A DNA stretch of 64,000 bases from Gammaproteobacteria bacterium (GCA_965215365.1 CBDCDS010000003.1:1312001-1376000), one strand, 5' to 3'; positions 1 to 11,563 are shown, numbered from the stretch's first letter. Notes: a model not told the origin generated them from the sequence alone. Made by a program: numbers and translations.

Positions 1-285
1 TTTCTCAAGGTATGCCATGCCTGCCAGCATCATCAAACTGAGGGTAGTTATGCGCTGTTGCCCGTCAATAATGTCAAACCGCCTGTTGTCCGCAGACTGC
101 AACACCAGATAACCTAGGTAATGGGCTGGCTCGCCGCCTTCAGCAAACAAACCCAACATGTCCTGCCACAAGTCATCCCATTCATCTTCTGCCCAGGAAT
201 AATCCCGCTGAAAAGGAGGCACATGGTAGATCAGCCCGTTGCCCAGCAACTGCCGGAAGGTCTGGTTGGCGGTGTTGAAGTTCAT
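1..285 (-). CDS. DUF262 (GmrS/ParB-like) domain protein, 5' part; runs off the window
   Basis: Manual translation from ATG at 285: MNFNTANQTFRQLLGNGLIYHVPPFQRDYSWAEDEWDDLWQD...HYLGYLVLQSADNRRFDIIDGQQRITTL. Contains the DUF262 motifs VPxFQRxYxW and IIDGQQR. Absent from the ORF track because there is no stop in the window. Confidence 0.88.
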   Translation of the reverse strand, partial: MNFNTANQTFRQLLGNGLIYHVPPFQRDYSWAEDEWDDLWQDMLGLFAEGGEPAHYLGYLVLQSADNRRFDIIDGQQRITTLSLMMLAGMAYLEK

Positions 286-327
286 GACTGCTATGAGTGC
301 CGTTCCTCGATTCAGGCAGTGCTCGGA

Positions 328-597
328 TCAATCGTCATCGGGTTGGGCGGCATAAATCGTCAGGCGCAATTCCGTATCACCAAGCATCTCGTAAACAGGT
401 CTTCTGCCAGAAAGTCGTTCACTGCGTGCCAGAATAATTGGAACACCGTTCCCTATCAGCCTCGACTGGCTTCGCTGTTGAAACATGCGAGCAAGATAGT
501 CCGGCGACATGACTCGGTTACTATTACCCACTTTGACTTCGAGATAGGAGTCTTCCCGAAGCCGTATTTTATTGAGCAATTCCTCCTTATCGAACAT
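328..597 (-). pseudogene. Internally deleted remnant of an AlbA_2 (Schlafen-like)/RecG-C-type ATP-binding protein
   Basis: 89 aa that look like three joined pieces of such proteins: N-terminus (EELLNKIRLREDSYLEVK), post-AlbA linker (VGNSNRVMSPDYLARMFQQRSQSRLI) and C-terminus (GVPIILARSERLSGRRPVYEMLGDTELRLTIYAA). Confidence 0.6.
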
Positions 598-1462
598 AAC
601 CCCAATCCTGCCTTGGAAAGTTGAACTCCACTACGGTTTGCGTCTGTTGCCCCAAGCCACTTATGCCTAGGGTCATAGTGTCGCCGGCGTTGAGATACAC
701 GGGGGGCTTCTGCCCCAGTCCGACTCCCGGCGGTGTGCCGGTAGAAATCACGTCTCCTGGTTGCAGGCTCATAAACCGGCTGACGTAGCTTACGATGTAG
801 GCCGGGTCGAAGATCATGGTACGAGTGTTGCCGTCCTGGTAACGTCTGCCGTTCACCTCCAGCCATAAATCGAGGTCGAGTACGTTTTCTATTTCATCGC
901 AGGTCACCAGCCACGGGCCGATGGGGCCAAAAGTATCGCAACCCTTGCCCTTATCCCACTGACTGCCATAGTCGAATTGAAACTTGCGTTCTGACACGTC
1001 ATTAACGACACAGTACCCGGCGATGTGCTCCATCGCCTGCGCTTTTGTCACATAAGCGGCATGGCTGCCGATGACCACGCCCAGTTCCACCTCCCAATCC
1101 AGCTTGGCGCTGTCTAAGGGTTTAATGACATTATCGTTGGGGCCGCAGATCGCGCTGGTCGCCTTGGTGAAGATCTCCGGTGTCTCCGGTACCGCCATCC
1201 CGGACTCTTTGGCATGGTCAGCATAGTTCAGGCCAATGCAGAGAAATTTGCCGACCTTGCCGACACAAGGGCCGTAACGCACCCCGGCCCGTACCTGTGG
1301 CAGTCGGTCGAGCTCGATTTGGCGGAGGCGATGCAGCCCCTCCGGCGTTAATATGCTGCCATCGATGTCCGCCGCGTGGGCCGACAAATCTCTAATGTTT
1401 CCCTCACCATCCAGGATACCGGGCTGTTCCTGGCCCGGCTCACCATAACGTAACAGTTTCAC
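587..1462 (-). CDS. Fumarylacetoacetate hydrolase family protein (likely 2,4-diketo-3-deoxy-L-fuconate hydrolase)
   Basis: CIGLNYADH, DWEVELGVVIG, NDVSER, KGKGCDTFGPIGP and GDVISTGTPPGVG motifs. The specific function is inferred from operon context. Confidence 0.9.
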   Translation of the reverse strand: MKLLRYGEPGQEQPGILDGEGNIRDLSAHAADIDGSILTPEGLHRLRQIELDRLPQVRAGVRYGPCVGKVGKFLCIGLNYADHAKESGMAVPETPEIFTKATSAICGPNDNVIKPLDSAKLDWEVELGVVIGSHAAYVTKAQAMEHIAGYCVVNDVSERKFQFDYGSQWDKGKGCDTFGPIGPWLVTCDEIENVLDLDLWLEVNGRRYQDGNTRTMIFDPAYIVSYVSRFMSLQPGDVISTGTPPGVGLGQKPPVYLNAGDTMTLGISGLGQQTQTVVEFNFPRQDWGYVR

Positions 1463-1475
1463 TTTTTACCTCTGT

Positions 1476-3401
<1,926 letters not shown>

Positions 3402-3405
<4 letters not shown>

Positions 3406-3725
3406 GCTGTGAATCTCTGTTTGTAAGCGCTCGTTTCCTGCGGCTGTGCGCGGGTATGAGCAGGCATATAATCGCTTTTCATATTATGCAGGTGCACATG
3501 TTCTCCGGGGCGGATGTCCCGCACGGCAGAACCGATGGGCACGCCATATTTTACGATTTTATCACCCCCGGCTAAGGCGCGTACGGCAACTTTGTGGCCC
3601 AGTTCCACAGCCTCTGTCAGCGTAATGCTTGCTGTTCCTGTCGTGATGACAGCTCCCGCGGCAGACGGCTGGCAACAGACCAGCACGTTGTCTTGCGGGT
3701 GCAACCGGATAAATTTTGATTTCAT
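3402..3725 (-). CDS. UxaA-family SAF-domain small subunit
   Basis: LHPQDNV, GHKVA, KYGVPIG and GEHVHLHN motifs; 4-bp overlap with the large subunit gene. Confidence 0.9.
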
Positions 3726-3750
3726 CTGCGCTTGTCGAGTTGACTGCCGG

Positions 3751-4587
3751 TCACAAGCCGTAGCAATTTGCCGCGTTGTTTCCCAGGATCAGTTGCCGTT
3801 CCTCCGCACTTAAGTCGTGCAGGAATCGGTCGGTAAAACTGTTCCAGGTGTCATACTCAGCGGCCAGTTCCAGCACTGGCCAATCACTGCCCCAGAGCAG
3901 GCGTTCGGTGCCGAAACAACGCAACAGGTGACGCATGTAAGGCTCAACTTTATCATAGGTGAATGTTGCGCCCGCTTCTGTCAGCAGGCCCGAGAGCTTG
4001 CAAAAAGCGCCGGTGTCGGCAGCAATGGCTTCAATATCATCCGCCCAGGGTTGAAAGGCGCCGCCGGCGATATCCGGTTTGGCGCCATGGTCGATAATGA
4101 CGACCAGATCCGGGTGACGACGCAGCAGGTCATACAAATGTTGCAGGTGCTGCGGCTTGACCAGGGCGTCGAAACGGAGGCCCAGCTCCACCAGTTTTTC
4201 ATAAACCGGTTGTAGTTGCGCGCGCAGCATCCAGGCCGGGTCGGGAAGGTCTTGGAGCATCGGTCGGATGCCGAGCAGGTACGGGTGTTCGGCCAGGGCT
4301 TCCAGCTCGATGGCAACGTCCGGTTTTTCCATGTCCACCCAGCCGACCACACCGACAACAAAATCGGTTTCTTGCGCCAACTGCAACAGGTAACGGGTTT
4401 CAGCCAGGGTTGGGGCGGCCTGCACCACGATGGTTTGCTGGACTCCCGCACTTTTCAGGTGAGGACGCAAATCGTCCGGTGCGAAGTCCCGGTACAGTGG
4501 CGCCAGCTCTTTCGTCAGCCAGCCGTAGTCGCCTCGTTCCAGGCGCCAGAAGTGCTGGTGGCTGTCGATACGCGTCGCTTCGGTCAT
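3751..4587 (-). CDS. Amidohydrolase_2 family lactonase (L-fuconolactonase-like)
   Basis: IDSHQHFW, IDHGAKP, CKLSGL and WGSDWPV motifs. Confidence 0.88.
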   Translation of the reverse strand: MTEATRIDSHQHFWRLERGDYGWLTKELAPLYRDFAPDDLRPHLKSAGVQQTIVVQAAPTLAETRYLLQLAQETDFVVGVVGWVDMEKPDVAIELEALAEHPYLLGIRPMLQDLPDPAWMLRAQLQPVYEKLVELGLRFDALVKPQHLQHLYDLLRRHPDLVVIIDHGAKPDIAGGAFQPWADDIEAIAADTGAFCKLSGLLTEAGATFTYDKVEPYMRHLLRCFGTERLLWGSDWPVLELAAEYDTWNSFTDRFLHDLSAEERQLILGNNAANCYGL

Positions 4588-5648
4588 GCCGCGCCTGACT
4601 CAACGGTTGGTACCGGCGCCGCCGGGTGTAACAGGTTGCTATCCCACAGCGCTTGCCAGAAATCAGTCGGGACCGGGCTGGCAAACAGTGCCAGGGTATG
4701 AGCGACCTGTTGCGGGCTCCTCATGCCGACGGCGATGCTGGCTACAGTCGGGTGAGCTAAGGGAAACTGCAAAGCCGCCGCCGCCAGCGGCACCTCGAAT
4801 TGTGCACAGACTGCTTCCAGACGTTCTACCCGTTCGATAATCGCCGCCGGTGCCGGCTCATAATTGTAATAAGGTGTCTGCCCGGATTGGGTGCCGGTGG
4901 CCAGGATCCCGGAGTTATAGACACCGCCGATGATGACAGAAACGTTGCGCGCCGCACATTTGGGCAGGAAAGTGTCCAGCGCGCCCTGTTCCAGCAAGGT
5001 GTACCGGCCGGCCAGCAGAAAACAATCAAAATCGCCGTATTCCAGCGCATCTTCGCAGACCTCGTATTCGTTGACACCCAGCCCGAACGCGCGGATTTGG
5101 CCGCCGCGGCGCAACTCATCGAGGGCCTTATAGCCGCTATCCATGGCGATTTTGAATAACCGGGCATGGTCGTGACCATGGGTCACCTTGCCGATGTCGT
5201 GGAGATACAGGATATCGATACGGCTTAAGCCCAGGCGCTGCAGGCTGTCCTGGTATGAGCGCATGATGCCATCGTAGGAATAATCATATACCGGCGCAAA
5301 CGGCATGGGTGAGCAGTAGCCGTGCCGGGGTACGCCAGCATCCACCGCACCGCAGGGTTGCAACAGGCGCCCCACCTTGCTTGACAGCACAAAACTGTCA
5401 CGAGGTTCCTCCCGCAGTGCCTCTCCCACGCGCCGCTCACTCAGGCCGAAGCCGTAGTAGGGGGCGGTATCTATGTGGCGCAGCCCGGCACTCAACCCGC
5501 GCCGCACCGTCTCCCGGGCCTGTGTGTCGGTAACGGCGCAATACAGGTTGCCCAGGCCCGCACAACCCAGACCTAAAGGCGCGACCTCAAGGCCGGTGTT
5601 ACCGATTTTCCTGGCAGGCAAGGCGCAGCTGTCAGCATCCGGCTTCAT
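4584..5648 (-). CDS. Aldo/keto reductase (D-threo-aldose/L-fucose 1-dehydrogenase-like)
   Basis: DTAPYYGFGLSE, SSKVGR, DYSYDG, LLAGRYTLLEQ and YNSGILA motifs; first gene of the operon. Confidence 0.88.
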   Translation of the reverse strand: MKPDADSCALPARKIGNTGLEVAPLGLGCAGLGNLYCAVTDTQARETVRRGLSAGLRHIDTAPYYGFGLSERRVGEALREEPRDSFVLSSKVGRLLQPCGAVDAGVPRHGYCSPMPFAPVYDYSYDGIMRSYQDSLQRLGLSRIDILYLHDIGKVTHGHDHARLFKIAMDSGYKALDELRRGGQIRAFGLGVNEYEVCEDALEYGDFDCFLLAGRYTLLEQGALDTFLPKCAARNVSVIIGGVYNSGILATGTQSGQTPYYNYEPAPAAIIERVERLEAVCAQFEVPLAAAALQFPLAHPTVASIAVGMRSPQQVAHTLALFASPVPTDFWQALWDSNLLHPAAPVPTVESGAA

Positions 5649-5675
5649 AAAATTTCACTGGTTATATTTGTGGTA

Positions 5676-5701
5676 ACCCCTGAAAATGCATTGTCAGGGG
5701 T
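5676..5701. promoter_or_regulatory. 26-bp near-perfect palindrome, candidate operator in the divergent intergenic region
   Basis: ACCCCTGA-A-AATGCATT-G-TCAGGGGT, with one mismatched pair, ~27 bp upstream of the AKR start. Confidence 0.45.
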
Positions 5702-5804
5702 GCCTTTGTGTTTACGCCGACGGTACTGTACCATAATTTGTCGTGTATAATTTTTTTTTACAACTAAAAATAGCGAGTGTTACCGCCATTAATCAAGGAG
5801 CGCT

Positions 5805-7121
5805 ATGACCACATTGTTCCCGCATGATTTCAGTGAGGCGCGCTACTGCAAGGCCTTAAAGGGGTTATTCAAGGCCGGCACGGGCGTGGCGCCGCCCACT
5901 CTCGCCGGGCGCGACACCGAGACCGCGATCGCCTCCGATATGCTGTTAGACCCTTTAGCCGACGGCAACCCGCCGCCGGGAGATATGGTGCTCTTTGGCC
6001 CGCGTGGCAACGGTAAGACGGTGTTGCTCAAAGACTTAGAGCGGCGCGCCATCGAAGCCGGGATCGGCGTGCGGGCGCTGACTGCGCGCAATTTCAAAGC
6101 GCCCGGTGATCTTGCCGCGGTGTTGTTGAGACCGGCTTCGGCGACTGAGGGGGCGCCCGACAAGCCGGATTGGGCGATGCGCGGCACCGCCAAGGCGCTT
6201 GATACGGCAGGGCACCTGGCAAGCCAACCGCTCAGCGTCGACGGCGTTACCGTCGGCGCGCCCGGCCTTGGCACGGTGTCATTGGGGGCGTCTGGCGAGG
6301 CGGCGCTCATGGTCGAGCTGACCGAGCGTTTAACGCGGCAATGTCGCACACAACCGCTGTTGGTCACCGTGGACGAAGCGCATACGCTCGATATCGAGAT
6401 CGGCGCCGATCTGCTGAACCTCAGCCAGCAGCTGCGCAGCGCGGGTGTCCCGTTCGTCCTCATCCTGGCCGGTACGCCCAATCTCCAAGCGCATTTACGA
6501 CGCATGGACTCCACCTTCTGGAGCCGCTCCGAGATCCAGCCCATTGGCCGGTTGAGCGCTGTGGCCACGAAACAGGCCTTAACCGAGCCACTCGGTAACT
6601 ACTCGGTGACCATCGAGCCGGATGCCTTGGAGGCAGTGGTGGATGACTCACAGTGTTACCCGTATTTCATTCAGCTTTGGGGACGGGCGTTGTGTGGCGC
6701 CTTGGTCGGACAAGCACAAGGCCACACCGTGACCTTAGGGCTCTTCGAGCAGGTGGCGCCCGAAATCGAAGCGCGCCGGGCGCGCTATTACGGGGAGCGG
6801 TATCTGGAGCTCGAAGATCGCCACCTGCTCGAGGCGGCAGCGCTCATCGGTAAAGCCTTCAAGGACACTGCGAGCGCGCATAAGGCGACACTTGAGGCGA
6901 CGCTCGTCGAGGAGCTCGGCTTAGACGCCGAGGCGACCACGGCGGCGCTCAGCGAGATGGCGGCGTTGGGATATCTCTGGCGCAAGACCACGGCGAATGA
7001 TTTCTTTGAGCCGGGTATTCCCTCGCTGATGACCCATGTGCAAGAGCGCCTCGAAGTCGCCATGGATGAGGAAATGACGGCGGCGCCGCGGCCGGTTTTG
7101 TCCGGGTTCAGAAGCAAGTGA
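5805..7121 (+). CDS. AAA+ (AAA_16-like) P-loop ATPase, paralog 1
   Basis: PPTLAGRD, Walker A GPRGNGKT, Walker B VTVDEAH, YPYFIQLWG; RBS AAGGAG upstream. Confidence 0.88.
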   Translation: MTTLFPHDFSEARYCKALKGLFKAGTGVAPPTLAGRDTETAIASDMLLDPLADGNPPPGDMVLFGPRGNGKTVLLKDLERRAIEAGIGVRALTARNFKAPGDLAAVLLRPASATEGAPDKPDWAMRGTAKALDTAGHLASQPLSVDGVTVGAPGLGTVSLGASGEAALMVELTERLTRQCRTQPLLVTVDEAHTLDIEIGADLLNLSQQLRSAGVPFVLILAGTPNLQAHLRRMDSTFWSRSEIQPIGRLSAVATKQALTEPLGNYSVTIEPDALEAVVDDSQCYPYFIQLWGRALCGALVGQAQGHTVTLGLFEQVAPEIEARRARYYGERYLELEDRHLLEAAALIGKAFKDTASAHKATLEATLVEELGLDAEATTAALSEMAALGYLWRKTTANDFFEPGIPSLMTHVQERLEVAMDEEMTAAPRPVLSGFRSK

Positions 7122-7240
7122 GACTCTCATATTTGCTGAACCTGGACAGTCTATTGACTTAGGGCGCGCCGCAATGTACGCTGTTGAGCGTAGCAAGGAC
7201 ACTTCAAACTTACATCCACTGTCCTATCGAGAGGTCGGCC

Positions 7241-8518
7241 ATGACTGCACCGTTCCCGCATGATTTCAGTGATGCTCGCTACTGCAAGGCCTTAAAGAGG
7301 CTATTTAAGGCTGGCACGGGCGTGGCCCCGCCCAAACTTGCCGGGCGCGACACCGAGTCCGAGCTCGCTGCCGATGTGCTACTCGGCCCCTTGGCAGACA
7401 GCGAGGCCCCGGCAGGGGACTTAGTGCTCTTCGGGCCGCGCGGCAACGGCAAGACGGTGTTGCTCAAAAAGCTCGAGCGCACCGCCGCGGCGGGAATTGA
7501 GGTGATCGCGTTGACCCCACGCGCGCTCAAAACCCCAGCGGCGCTCGGCGCCGTGTTGCTCAGACCCGCCTCGATCCCTGATGGTTCACCCGCTAAGCCG
7601 GGCTTAGCCACGCGCGCCGGCGCCAAGGCCATAGACACCGCCGAACGCACCGCCGGTCAGCCGCTCGGCGTGGACGGCGTCAGTGTCGGCACACCGGGCC
7701 TCGGCACGGTGTCATTAGGTGTCCTTGACTCAGCGGCGCTGAATGTCGAGCTGACCGAGCGCTTAACGAAGCGCTGTCGCACATGGCCGCTGTTGGTCAC
7801 CGTGGACGAAGCCCATACGCTCGATATCGAGACCGGCGCCGATCTGCTCAACCTCAGTCAGCAGCTGCGTGCCGATGGTGTCCCGTTCGTTCTCATTTTG
7901 GCCGGCACGCCTAATCTTGAAGCGCATCTGGGCAAGATGAGCGCCACCTTCTGGGATCGCTCTGAGATCCTGCCGATCGGCCGGCTGAGCGCTAAGGCCA
8001 CCGAGCAGGCCTTAACCGAACCACTCGGTGATTGGTCGGTGACGTTTGATCCCGGTGCCTTGGCGGCGGTGGTGGCGGACTCACAGTGTTACCCGTATTT
8101 CATACAGCTTTGGGGGCGAGCGCTGTGTGGCGCCTTGGTCGAACAGGGTGCCGGCCACACGGTGACCGTGTCTCTCGTCGAGCAGGTCACCCCTGAAGTC
8201 GCCGCGCGCCGCGAACGTTATTACGGGAAGCGCTATCAGGAGCTCGAAGAGCGCGAACTGCTCGAGGTCGCGGCACTCGTCGCCGGCTGTTTCGAGAAGT
8301 CCGAGCAGGTAGCCGGGGCGACGCTCAAGGCGGCGTTGTGCAAGGGGCTCGGGTTAGACACCAAGGCCGTCATGGCGGCGCTCAGCCAACTCGCCGACTT
8401 AGGCTACACCTGGGCACCCGAGGGCGGTCGAGAGATCGAGCCCGGTATTCCGTCGCTGATGACCCACGTGCGCGAGGCGCTCGCTGAGGACATGGACTCA
8501 GCGCCGGCATGGATATGA
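7241..8518 (+). CDS. AAA+ (AAA_16-like) P-loop ATPase, paralog 2
   Basis: Same motifs as paralog 1. The start at ATG 7241 (MTAPFPHDFSDARYCKAL) aligns with the paralog 1 N-terminus; GAGG lies upstream. Confidence 0.88.
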   Translation: MTAPFPHDFSDARYCKALKRLFKAGTGVAPPKLAGRDTESELAADVLLGPLADSEAPAGDLVLFGPRGNGKTVLLKKLERTAAAGIEVIALTPRALKTPAALGAVLLRPASIPDGSPAKPGLATRAGAKAIDTAERTAGQPLGVDGVSVGTPGLGTVSLGVLDSAALNVELTERLTKRCRTWPLLVTVDEAHTLDIETGADLLNLSQQLRADGVPFVLILAGTPNLEAHLGKMSATFWDRSEILPIGRLSAKATEQALTEPLGDWSVTFDPGALAAVVADSQCYPYFIQLWGRALCGALVEQGAGHTVTVSLVEQVTPEVAARRERYYGKRYQELEERELLEVAALVAGCFEKSEQVAGATLKAALCKGLGLDTKAVMAALSQLADLGYTWAPEGGREIEPGIPSLMTHVREALAEDMDSAPAWI

Positions 8519-9684
8519 ACGCCATATTGCCCGAAGATCACCTTGACGCCACGTTAATCGGGCGGATTTGGCATCCTGCTAGGGAAGCGGCCTTAGCCGG
8601 TCCCTGCCTGGTTGCAGTCAAACAGGGGGGGCTTTATGAGCTGACCCAATACGCGCCGACCTGCGCCGGTCTCATGGGGCGGGCCGACAGAATGGCGGTG
8701 GTGACCAAGGCATTACGGCGGGCACCGTTGCTGGATCTGGAAACGGTGTTACAGAACAGTTGCCCCCGGCCCGATCCGCAGCAGGCTCATTTCCTAGCCC
8801 CGATAGACTTGCAGTGCATCAAGGCCGCCGGGGTGACGTTTGCCGAGAGCCTGCTGGAACGCATTATCGAAGAGCGTGCCGCCGGTGACTGGGCGCAGGC
8901 AGAAAGGATACGTGACGAGTTATCACAATCCATCGGCGCGGATTTGTCGAGCATCAAACCCGGCAGCAGGCTGGCCGAGCAACTGGCAAAGCGTCTGCGT
9001 GAGCAGGGGTTGTGGTCCCAATACCTAGAGGTAGGTCTCGGCCCGGACGCCGAGATCTTTACCAAGGCGCCGGTGCTGTCCGCCGTCGGCTACGGCCAGG
9101 AGATCGGGGTCAACCCGGCATCGGCGTGGAGCAACCCGGAGCCTGAAGTGGTGTTGGTGGTCAATGCCGGCGGAGAAATTGTCGGTGCCACGCTTGGCAA
9201 TGACGTTAACCTGCGCGATTTTGAGGGGCGTAGCGCCTTGTTGCTGGGCCGCGGCAAGGACAATAATGCCTCCTGCGCGCTGGGCCCGTTTGTGCGCCTG
9301 TTTGATGAGCATTTCAATCTGGACGATGTGCGCGCGCTGGAGGTGACCCTGGATGTGGCAGGGGCGGACGGCTACCAGCTGCATGGCTCAAGCTCTATGA
9401 CGGCCATCAGCCGGGATGTGACGGAACTGGTCAGACAGACGCTCAATGCCTCACATCAATACCCGGACGGCTGCGTGCTGATGACCGGCACCCTGTTCGC
9501 TCCGACCCAGGATCGCGAGCAGCCCGGCATGGGCTTTACCCATCACCCGGGCGATCGGGTGAGCATTGCCTCACCCAGGTTGGGTGCCTTAATCAATACC
9601 GTTACTACCAGCGATCAGGCGGCACCCTGGCAATTCGGCATCGGGGCGTTCATGCACAATCTGCAGCAGCGCCAACTCTTGTAA
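8515..9684 (+). CDS. FAH-family protein, XylX-like 2-keto-3-deoxy-pentonate dehydratase
   Basis: KAAGVTF, YLEVGLGPDAEIFTK, NPEPE, GNDVNLRDFEGRSALLL and GTLFAP motifs. ATGA overlap with the ATPase stop; alternative start at 8509. Confidence 0.82.
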   Translation: MNAILPEDHLDATLIGRIWHPAREAALAGPCLVAVKQGGLYELTQYAPTCAGLMGRADRMAVVTKALRRAPLLDLETVLQNSCPRPDPQQAHFLAPIDLQCIKAAGVTFAESLLERIIEERAAGDWAQAERIRDELSQSIGADLSSIKPGSRLAEQLAKRLREQGLWSQYLEVGLGPDAEIFTKAPVLSAVGYGQEIGVNPASAWSNPEPEVVLVVNAGGEIVGATLGNDVNLRDFEGRSALLLGRGKDNNASCALGPFVRLFDEHFNLDDVRALEVTLDVAGADGYQLHGSSSMTAISRDVTELVRQTLNASHQYPDGCVLMTGTLFAPTQDREQPGMGFTHHPGDRVSIASPRLGALINTVTTSDQAAPWQFGIGAFMHNLQQRQLL

Positions 9685-9830
9685 GGCCACCTCTCACAAA
9701 CACGAGGTGGCCGTGCAGTACAAGGATGTGCTGCCATTTTTAGTCACGTAAGTGACTGAAAATGAAGGAAATGAAAAATCATACTTTTTCATTTCCGTCT
9801 CTAAAAATACCACGGAGGGTATTTTTAGAG
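9685..9830 (+). other. Array of five back-to-back stem-loops in an intergenic region
   Basis: Stems at 9685-9712 (9 bp), 9715-9734 (8 bp, one GU), 9735-9764 (13 bp, one GU, GTAA loop), 9767-9796 (12 bp perfect) and 9799-9830 (13 bp perfect). Confidence 0.7.
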
Positions 9831-9868
9831 GTTACTATAAACCCGCAACACTGAGGTAACATGAAGCA

Positions 9869-11326
9869 GTGAAGACATACAACAACTACATCAATGGGGA
9901 ATGGGTAAGCAGTCAGCATCATACCGCGAACCTGAACCCCTCGGACCTGGCCGATACCATCGGCCACTATGCCCAGGCCGATGAGCAACAAACCGCGGCG
10001 GCCATTGAAGCCGCCGCGGCAGCCTTTACCACCTGGTCCCGCAGCGGCGCGCAGGCGCGTTTTGATATTCTGGATGCTGTCGGCACGGAAATTCTGGCGC
10101 GTAAGAAAGAGTTGGGCACGTTACTGGCGCGCGAGGAGGGTAAGACCCTGGCCGAGGGGATCGGGGAAATGACCCGTGCCGGGCAAATCTTCAAGTATTT
10201 TGCCGGTGAGGCGGTGCGCCTTAAAGGAGATATCCAGGCCTCGGTAAGAGCGGGTTTTGAAGTGCAGGTTACGCGTGAACCGGTTGGCGTGATGGGTATC
10301 ATCACCCCCTGGAACTTTCCCGTTGCCATCCCGGCCTGGAAGATTGCCCCGGCCCTGGCCTATGGCAATAGCGTGGTATTCAAACCGGCCGGACTAGTGA
10401 ACGCCTGCGCCTGGGCGTTGGTCGATATCCTGCACCGCGCCGGGTTGCCCCAGGGCGTGCTCAACCTGGTTATGGGTTCCGGCAGCACAATCGGCAATAC
10501 TCTGTTACATCACCGGGATGTGAACGCCATCAGTTTTACCGGTTCCGTGCAAACAGGCGCCAAAGTAGCGGCAGCCTGTAGCGCGCGCGGCGCCAGATAC
10601 CAGCTGGAAATGGGGGGGAAAAACCCGTTGCTGATCCTCGACGACGCCGACTTGGGCGTGGCGGTGGATTGCGCCGTCAATGGCGCCTTCTTCTCTACCG
10701 GCCAACGCTGTACCGCCTCCAGCCGTCTTATCGTCACGACCGGGATCCACGACCGTTTTGTGGACGCCTGCGTGAGCAAACTCAAATCGCTGCACGTCGG
10801 TCACGCCCTGCAAGAGGGAACCCATATCGGCCCGGTCGTGGACCAGTCACAACTGGACCAGGACTTGCAGTATATACAGCTTGGCCGTGAGGAGGGGGCC
10901 GAACTGGCCGTTGGCGGTGAACGACTGCAGCGGGAAACGGAGGGCTTTTATCTGTCGCCCGCGCTGTTCACGAATACCAGCAATAACATGCGCATCAACC
11001 GGGAGGAGATCTTCGGGCCGATAGCCACCGTGATCAAGGTAAGCGATTATGATGAGGCCCTGCACACCGCCAACGACACGGAGTTCGGCCTCTCAGCCGG
11101 CATCTGTACCACCTCATTGGCCGCCGCGACCGCCTTCAAGCGCGAATCACGCGCCGGTATGGTGATGGTCAACCTGCCGACTGCGGGCGTGGATTACCAT
11201 GTGCCGTTCGGTGGCTCCAAGGGCTCCAGTTTCGGCCCGCGCGAACAAGGCAGCTACGCCAAGGAGTTCTACACCACCGTCAAGACGACCTACGTCAACC
11301 CGCTGAAAGTCGCCACTTCAGGATAG
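9869..11326 (+). CDS. Aldehyde dehydrogenase (alpha-ketoglutaric semialdehyde dehydrogenase-like)
   Basis: ITPWNFP, FTGS, LEMGGKNP, GQRCTA and EEIFGP motifs; GTG start with GAGG upstream. Confidence 0.9.
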   Translation: MKTYNNYINGEWVSSQHHTANLNPSDLADTIGHYAQADEQQTAAAIEAAAAAFTTWSRSGAQARFDILDAVGTEILARKKELGTLLAREEGKTLAEGIGEMTRAGQIFKYFAGEAVRLKGDIQASVRAGFEVQVTREPVGVMGIITPWNFPVAIPAWKIAPALAYGNSVVFKPAGLVNACAWALVDILHRAGLPQGVLNLVMGSGSTIGNTLLHHRDVNAISFTGSVQTGAKVAAACSARGARYQLEMGGKNPLLILDDADLGVAVDCAVNGAFFSTGQRCTASSRLIVTTGIHDRFVDACVSKLKSLHVGHALQEGTHIGPVVDQSQLDQDLQYIQLGREEGAELAVGGERLQRETEGFYLSPALFTNTSNNMRINREEIFGPIATVIKVSDYDEALHTANDTEFGLSAGICTTSLAAATAFKRESRAGMVMVNLPTAGVDYHVPFGGSKGSSFGPREQGSYAKEFYTTVKTTYVNPLKVATSG

Positions 11327-11353
11327 CCCTGGGTTCCAATCAGGAGAAAACCA

Positions 11354-11563
11354 ATGCTGAAAAATCTGACTGAGTGGGTGCCACTGCTGGTGCTGCTGAT
11401 CTCATTAGGGGGCTTGCAACTGAGTCTCAATCTGGGCCTGCGCACAGATGTGCGCGCACTGACCGAGCAGGTGGCCGGTGTGCGCGAGCGCCTCGCCTCA
11501 CTGGAGACTCGAGTCGGTCACATCGAGTCCCGCTTGGTTGCGCGCCACGGCGAGGCGCCCTGA
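11354..11563 (+). CDS. Small membrane-anchored coiled-coil protein (paralog of 17765-18040)
   Basis: RBS AGGAG; hydrophobic N-terminal segment followed by heptads (RERLASLETRVGHIE); clear paralog in the window. Confidence 0.75.
   Translation: MLKNLTEWVPLLVLLISLGGLQLSLNLGLRTDVRALTEQVAGVRERLASLETRVGHIESRLVARHGEAP

Noticed and set aside
121-866. ORFs 121-624 (+) and 456-866 (-)
   Set aside because: They overlap better-supported DUF262, AlbA-remnant and FAH frames and show no motifs.
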